IMG/VR virus record: IMGVR_UViG_2563366948_000006
Coordinates: 1-11,141 of that record
Source of the DNA: a virus
Lineage: Duplodnaviria > Heunggongvirae > Uroviricota > Caudoviricetes
DNA length: 11,141 nt
Reading direction: 5' to 3' (one strand)
Shown here: piece by piece, positions 7,142-11,141 of the stretch
Position numbering within the stretch: position 1 is the stretch's first letter
Layout: each line of letters opens with the position of its first letter
Made by a program: the position numbers and the translations under genes
The notes under the pieces: generated by a model
What the model was told of the DNA's origin: nothing
The model's database searches: none
What the model saw: only the letters and a program-made list of their open reading frames with translations

Positions 7142-7966
7142 ATGTCTCAGAACTTAGACGCAACCGCAATTAATCAAATCCATGCCCTTATTTCTGCTCA
7201 GGGTGTTAATGAAATTATCAGTAAGATTGGTGCCGATGCTGTGGCATTGCCTGAGAATTTCCGCATTCATGATCTGGAAAAATTTAATTTAAATCGCTTC
7301 CGTTTCCGTGGTGCGCTTTCCACTGCCAGCATCGATGACTTTACCCGTTATTCTAAAGATCTTGCAGATGAAGGCACCCGCTGCTTTATCGATGCTGATA
7401 ATATGCGTGCCGTCAGTGTGCTTAACCTGGGTACTATTGATGAACCAGGTCACGCAGATAACACCGCCACACTCAAACTGAAAAAGACAGCACCGTTCTC
7501 TGCTCTGTTGTCTGTTAACGGCGAGCGTAACTCCCAGAAGTCACTGGCAGAATGGATTGAAGACTGGGCCGACTATCTTGTGGGCTTTGATGCTAATGGT
7601 GACGCTATTCAGGCAACAAAAGCGGCTGCGGCTGTCCGTAAAATCACGATTGAAGCAAACCAGACCGCTGATTTTGAAGATAATGACTTCAGCGGCAAAC
7701 GCTCCCTGATGGAGTCTGTCGAAGCGAAGACCAAAGACATTATGCCAGTGGCATTTGAATTTAAATGCGTTCCGTTTGAAGGTCTGAAAGAACGTCCGTT
7801 TAAATTACGCCTCAGTATTATCACTGGCGATCGTCCTGTACTGGTTCTGCGCATTATTCAGCTGGAGGCGGTGCAGGAAGAAATGGCTAACGAATTTCGT
7901 GATCTGCTTGTTGAGAAATTCAAGGACAGCAAAGTAGAAACCTTTATTGGTACTTTCACCGCCTGA
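7142..7966 (+). CDS. yfdQ: YfdQ-like protein (DUF2303-type, 274 aa), function unknown
   Basis: ATG at 7142 with GAGGA 7 nt upstream; 274 aa beginning [20 protein letters not shown]; size and position match K-12 YfdQ from recall. Confidence 0.6.
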   Translation: MSQNLDATAINQIHALISAQGVNEIISKIGADAVALPENFRIHDLEKFNLNRFRFRGALSTASIDDFTRYSKDLADEGTRCFIDADNMRAVSVLNLGTIDEPGHADNTATLKLKKTAPFSALLSVNGERNSQKSLAEWIEDWADYLVGFDANGDAIQATKAAAAVRKITIEANQTADFEDNDFSGKRSLMESVEAKTKDIMPVAFEFKCVPFEGLKERPFKLRLSIITGDRPVLVLRIIQLEAVQEEMANEFRDLLVEKFKDSKVETFIGTFTA

Positions 7967-7978
7967 TTTCATTACTGC

Positions 7979-8000
7979 AAATGCCCCTGCGGGGGCATTT
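7979..8000 (+). terminator. Perfect 9-bp stem-loop between yfdQ and yfdR (possible partial terminator or attenuator)
   Basis: AAATGCCCC-TGCG-GGGGCATTT starts 13 nt after the yfdQ stop; GC core with an AU-rich 3' side (AUUUAU) but no long U-tract. Confidence 0.35.
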
Positions 8001-8093
8001 ATGGAAACGTAATTTACTCAATAATCGCCGGATGGTGAGGGATTCTTTTTACCAGAATTCAGCGCGGTGCAGCGCATATACGTGGAGAACAAA

Positions 8094-8630
8094 ATGTCAT
8101 TTATTAAAACTTTTTCCGGGAAGCATTTTTATTATGACAGGATAAATAAAGACGACATCGATATTAACGATATCGCGGTTTCCCTTTCAAATATCTGTCG
8201 CTTTGCCGGTCATCTTTCGCACTTCTACAGCGTCGCCCAACATGCGGTTCTTTGCAGCCAGCTGGTGCCGCAGGAATTTGCTTTTGAAGCGTTAATGCAT
8301 GATGCAACAGAAGCGTATTGCCAAGACATCCCCGCACCACTGAAACGACTTCTTCCTGACTATAAACGGATGGAAGAAAAAATAGACGCCGTAATCCGTG
8401 AGAAATACGGGTTACCTCCTGTTATGAGCACGCCAGTGAAATATGCCGATCTCATCATGCTGGCAACCGAACGCCGCGATCTCGGGCTTGATGATGGCTC
8501 TTTCTGGCCTGTGCTGGAAGGTATCCCGGCAACAGAGATGTTCAACGTGATTCCACTGGCTCCAGGCCATGCCTACGGGATGTTTATGGAACGCTTTAAC
8601 GAATTATCGGAGTTACGCAAATGCGCATGA
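8094..8630 (+). CDS. yfdR: HD-domain phosphohydrolase, YfdR-like (178 aa)
   Basis: ATG at 8094 with GGAGAA upstream gives 178 aa; HD-domain metal-binding signature visible (GHLSHFYSVAQH ... LMHDATEAY). The track ORF starts 9 codons earlier at 8067. Confidence 0.7.
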   Translation: MSFIKTFSGKHFYYDRINKDDIDINDIAVSLSNICRFAGHLSHFYSVAQHAVLCSQLVPQEFAFEALMHDATEAYCQDIPAPLKRLLPDYKRMEEKIDAVIREKYGLPPVMSTPVKYADLIMLATERRDLGLDDGSFWPVLEGIPATEMFNVIPLAPGHAYGMFMERFNELSELRKCA

Positions 8631-8983
8631 ATGTTTTCGAAATGGAAGGGTTTCTTCGCGGGAAATGTGTACCGCGAGATCTGAAAGTGAACGAAACAAA
8701 TGCTGAGTACCTGGTACGTAAATTCGACGCGCTTGAAGCTAAATGTGCGGCACTGGAAAGCAAAATAATACCAGTGTCAGCTGAACTGCCACCAGCAAAT
8801 GAAAGTGTTCTGTTATTTGATGCTAACGGAGAAGGCTGGCTGATTGGCTGGCGTTCTCTCTGGTACACCTGGGGACAAAAAGAAACCGGAGAATGGCAGT
8901 GGACATTTCAGGTCGGGGACCTTGAAAACGTCAATATCACTCACTGGGCAGTAATGCCGAAAGCACCAGAGACTAAGAAATGA
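8621..8983 (+). CDS. yfdS: YfdS-like protein (120 aa, Trp-rich C-terminal domain), function unknown
   Basis: Start overlaps the yfdR stop; 120 aa; C-terminus WLIGWRSLWYTWGQKETGEWQWTFQ...THWAVMP; stop overlaps the next ATG (ATGA). Confidence 0.55.
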   Translation: MRMNVFEMEGFLRGKCVPRDLKVNETNAEYLVRKFDALEAKCAALESKIIPVSAELPPANESVLLFDANGEGWLIGWRSLWYTWGQKETGEWQWTFQVGDLENVNITHWAVMPKAPETKK

Positions 8984-9195
8984 GCGTGATAAAAACTCAT
9001 ACAGGAATTGTTATCACCCGAGACGGTGAAAAGCGGATGAAATTACATTCCACTGAAACGTCCTGGGTTGCCGGACGTTGTGAATCCTACGACAAAAAGA
9101 CTGGTTACCGTTGGGGGGCACCTAACATGCGTCGCCGTCTGCTACTGGACAGCATCAGGCCAATAAAACAGGTAGCAACCAGGGAACAAAATTAA
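8980..9195 (+). CDS. Small basic protein (71 aa), function unknown
   Basis: ATG at 8980 translationally coupled to the yfdS stop; MSVIKTHTGIVITRDGEKRMKLHSTETSWVAGRCESYDKKTGYRWGAPNMRRRLLLDSIRPIKQVATREQN; lies between the yfd-like genes and xis. Confidence 0.5.
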   Translation: MSVIKTHTGIVITRDGEKRMKLHSTETSWVAGRCESYDKKTGYRWGAPNMRRRLLLDSIRPIKQVATREQN

Positions 9196-9254
9196 TTATC
9201 AGGACTGGAATTTGATATTACTGCCCGTGTGCAGCGGGCTAAGTGGAGAAACAT

Positions 9255-9461
9255 ATGCTGAACCTCGATTGTGTTCCAATCTCAACTTATTGCAAAGAAA
9301 CTGGCGAAACTCCTGAAGCAATAAACAAACGTGTACAGCGCGGTGTTTGGCGTGAAGGTGTTCAGGTTTTAAAGGTTGAAGGCGTTAAGGAGAGGTGGAT
9401 TGATCTTAGTGAGGTTGCAAAATGGGCCAGACAAAACTGCTCAAACTACCGCGCGGCGTAA
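9255..9461 (+). CDS. xis: Putative excisionase (Xis-like DNA-binding protein)
   Basis: ATG at 9255 with GGAG 6 nt upstream; 68 aa (MLNLDCVPISTYCKETGETPEAINKRVQRGVWREGVQ...); immediately upstream of the integrase and overlapping it by 40 nt, the canonical xis-int arrangement. The track ORF starts 4 codons earlier at a GTG. Confidence 0.55.
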   Translation: MLNLDCVPISTYCKETGETPEAINKRVQRGVWREGVQVLKVEGVKERWIDLSEVAKWARQNCSNYRAA

Positions 9462-10597
9462 CAATCAGGAAACACCGCCAGGGCGAAACGATCAATATAA
9501 CTTTCACCTACAAAGGAGTTAAATGTCGTGAGCCTCTTTCCAATCTGGAAGTAATACCAAAGAACATAAAATACGCCGAGCGCACACTCGGCGAAATTCA
9601 TAATAAGATCGAAAGGGGAACATTCATTTATGCGGAATATTTTCCCCGTTCTGCTCGTTTGAAAATTTTTGGTAATGCTGCTGCAGGCAAAACGGTAAAA
9701 ATGTACCTGGACGAATACCTTGAAATCTGCGAAACGAGAAAACTTTCACCCTCTACGATTGGTGGTTATAAAAAATGCCGTAGTGCGTTAGCCTCACTCC
9801 ACATTTGCCCTGCAAGTGAATTAACACCAGCAATCCTGAAAGCGTGGATTCAAAGCCAGAAAACGACCTCAAAAACAATTCGCAACCAGTTATCTTTCCT
9901 GCGGTCAGCACTTGATGAAGCCGTAACCGATGGGGTACTTCAAATTAACCCCGTATCGTTGGTAACTGCTTCGCGCTACCAAAGTGATAAGTCAGAAGCA
10001 GAAAGCAGCTACGTGGTTGATCCGCTATCACCAGCAGAAGTTGATGCATTACTAGCAGCAGCCGGAAACAAACAATGGGAAAATCTGTTCCGGTTCGCTA
10101 TACATACAGGCCTGCGTAGTTCTGAATTATGTGCCCTTCGATGGCGTGATATCGACTTTGTTGGAAAAACTGCCCATGTCCAGAGCGCAAGTGTTGTCGG
10201 TGTTATCAAAGGAACAAAGACAAAAGCCGGTACTCGTAAAGTTGAACTGACAGAAGAGGCAATGTTGGCGCTGATAAATCAGAAGCCATTTACATTCATG
10301 AAGGATGCTACTGTCTTTGAAGATCCAAAGACAAACAAACCGTGGGCCAGCGCCGATGCGATAAGGAAAAAAGCGTGGATACCAACCTTACGTAAAGCAG
10401 GTATCCGGTACCGTAACCCATATCAGACCAGGCATACATTCGCCACCAGCCATATCAGCCGTGGTGCGAACCTGTTCTGGCTTGCAGGCCAGATGGGCCA
10501 TAAGGGACCAGAAATGCTATTTCGTCACTATGGCAGTTACCTTGCTGCATATGACGGACATACCGCTAAAAATACTAATGATACAAAACAGGCTTGA
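9422..10597 (+). CDS. int: Tyrosine-type site-specific integrase with N-terminal arm-binding domain
   Basis: 391 aa; N-terminal LPRGVTIRKHRQGETINITFTYKGVKCREPL arm-binding-like region; C-terminal catalytic domain with the tyrosine-recombinase R...HxxR...Y pattern (LRSSELCALRWRDID, NPYQTRHTFATSHISRGANLFWLAGQMGH, RHYGSY); last gene before a GC shift. Confidence 0.9.
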   Translation: MGQTKLLKLPRGVTIRKHRQGETINITFTYKGVKCREPLSNLEVIPKNIKYAERTLGEIHNKIERGTFIYAEYFPRSARLKIFGNAAAGKTVKMYLDEYLEICETRKLSPSTIGGYKKCRSALASLHICPASELTPAILKAWIQSQKTTSKTIRNQLSFLRSALDEAVTDGVLQINPVSLVTASRYQSDKSEAESSYVVDPLSPAEVDALLAAAGNKQWENLFRFAIHTGLRSSELCALRWRDIDFVGKTAHVQSASVVGVIKGTKTKAGTRKVELTEEAMLALINQKPFTFMKDATVFEDPKTNKPWASADAIRKKAWIPTLRKAGIRYRNPYQTRHTFATSHISRGANLFWLAGQMGHKGPEMLFRHYGSYLAAYDGHTAKNTNDTKQA

Positions 10598-10641
10598 TGC
10601 TGCCCGAACAAATAGCCACTGAAACCTGATAAAAAGTTATT

Positions 10642-10676
10642 TGTGATGTGGTTATGTTCGTCATATCCACATCATA
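10642..10676. repeat. Imperfect 15-bp-arm palindrome (13/15) downstream of int
   Basis: TGTGATGTGGTTATG - ttcgt - CATATCCACATCATA, with a perfect GATGTGG / CCACATC core. Confidence 0.6.
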
Positions 10677-10763
10677 CATACTTAAACATAAGGCACTTTT
10701 TACCTTGCAAAAATTCGAACCAAGCATATATGTTATAGGTGAACTTGGTACTCAGGCAGCTGT

Positions 10764-10775
10764 CCTAGTACTAGG
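10764..10775. repeat. Perfect 12-bp palindrome CCTAGTACTAGG
   Basis: Self-complementary 12-mer in the int-distal non-coding region; possible operator or recombinase site. Confidence 0.5.
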
Positions 10776-10790
10776 AACACGCGGGAAATC

Positions 10791-10820
10791 TTGGAGCCAG
10801 TACGTAGATTATGGTAAAAT
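10791..10820 (+). promoter_or_regulatory. Putative sigma70 promoter (extended -10) for the downstream 82-aa gene
   Basis: TTGGAG (-35), 18-bp spacer, TGgTAAAAT extended -10; flanked by a 7-bp GC-rich dyad (CGCGGGA 10780-10786 / TCCCGCG 10820-10826) and followed by a CCCCG-N5-CGGGG hairpin in the predicted leader, then AAGGAGG and ATG. Confidence 0.4.
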
Positions 10821-10892
10821 CCCGCGCCCCGTTCTGCGGGGAGCAATAAATGCCTCAAAAGGATACATTGGGGGGACTGAAAGGAGGTCTTT

Positions 10893-11141
10893 ATGTCAGA
10901 ACTAGTCATGAAGATGTTTGGGCTGAATGATTTGGTCAAAGGCGGACAAGCCATGGCCGATCGTTTGAACAAATCTGGTGTTAAAAACATCAAGGTCGTA
11001 GGGCGTGGTGCAGTTATTGTAGACCCATCTACTGACCCAGAAAAAATCACTCAGCTTAGGAAAGCAGCTAGAAAATTCGTCGAGCAGGATGCAAAAGCTG
11101 TTGCAGCCGCTAAAGCTAACTCAATGGACAATGACGACTAA
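10893..11141 (+). CDS. Small hydrophilic protein (82 aa), function unknown
   Basis: ATG at 10893 preceded by a perfect AAGGAGG SD at optimal spacing; MSELVMKMFGLNDLVKGGQAMADRLNKSGVKNIKVVGRGAVIVDPSTDPEKITQLRKAARKFVEQDAKAVAAAKANSMDNDD; stop is the last codon of the window; region visibly lower in GC than the prophage genes. Confidence 0.6.
   Translation: MSELVMKMFGLNDLVKGGQAMADRLNKSGVKNIKVVGRGAVIVDPSTDPEKITQLRKAARKFVEQDAKAVAAAKANSMDNDD

Noticed and set aside
7609-8868. Minus-strand ORFs 7609..7854, 8360..8545 and 8596..8868
   Set aside because: Antisense to the yfdQ-, yfdR- and yfdS-like genes of the coupled plus-strand operon.
10009-10209. 66-aa minus-strand ORF
   Set aside because: Antisense within the integrase gene.
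10690-10730. Possible tRNA 3' fragment (minus strand GGTTCGAAT, T-loop-like) as integrase target
   Set aside because: The flanking bases do not form a T-stem or acceptor stem and no CCA-proximal acceptor sequence is present; judged a chance match in AT-rich DNA.
10648-11050. ORFs 10648..10905 (+) and 10733..11050 (-)
   Set aside because: The first begins at a GTG inside the palindrome and would run through the predicted promoter and leader of the 82-aa gene; the second is antisense to that gene. Neither has an RBS; the region reads better as regulatory or att DNA.
1-11141. CRISPR arrays, rRNA, tRNA or insertion sequences
   Set aside because: No regularly spaced direct repeats, no rRNA- or tRNA-like structures, and no transposase-like ORFs with terminal inverted repeats were seen; the only notable repeats are the short dyads reported above.

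Overview
This window reads as one arm of a lambdoid / HK97-type prophage (KplE1/CPS-53-like early genes) in an enterobacterial genome, probably cryptic or defective. On the minus strand, transcribed right to left: a lysis cassette (two holin-like membrane proteins, GH19-type endolysin, Rz with embedded Rz1), an AT-rich moron encoding a small glycine-rich membrane protein with its own terminator, a very acidic 65-aa protein, then the packaging module HNH endonuclease, GC-rich intergenic region (candidate cos), TerS (P27 family), TerL, a translationally coupled 53-aa membrane ORF, and an HK97-family portal that looks C-terminally truncated and runs straight into the 5' end of a tail-fibre gene. 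On the plus strand: a tightly coupled early operon matching yfdP, yfdQ, yfdR (HD domain) and yfdS in order and size, a 71-aa basic ORF, excisionase and tyrosine integrase, then a lower-GC segment with palindromes (probable att / prophage boundary) and an 82-aa gene with strong promoter and SD signals. No rRNA, tRNA or CRISPR array was seen. All homology statements are from reading the translations and recall, not from a search; GC statements are visual estimates. The best candidates for something undescribed are the moron membrane protein with the adjacent acidic protein, and the yfdPQRS-like operon.
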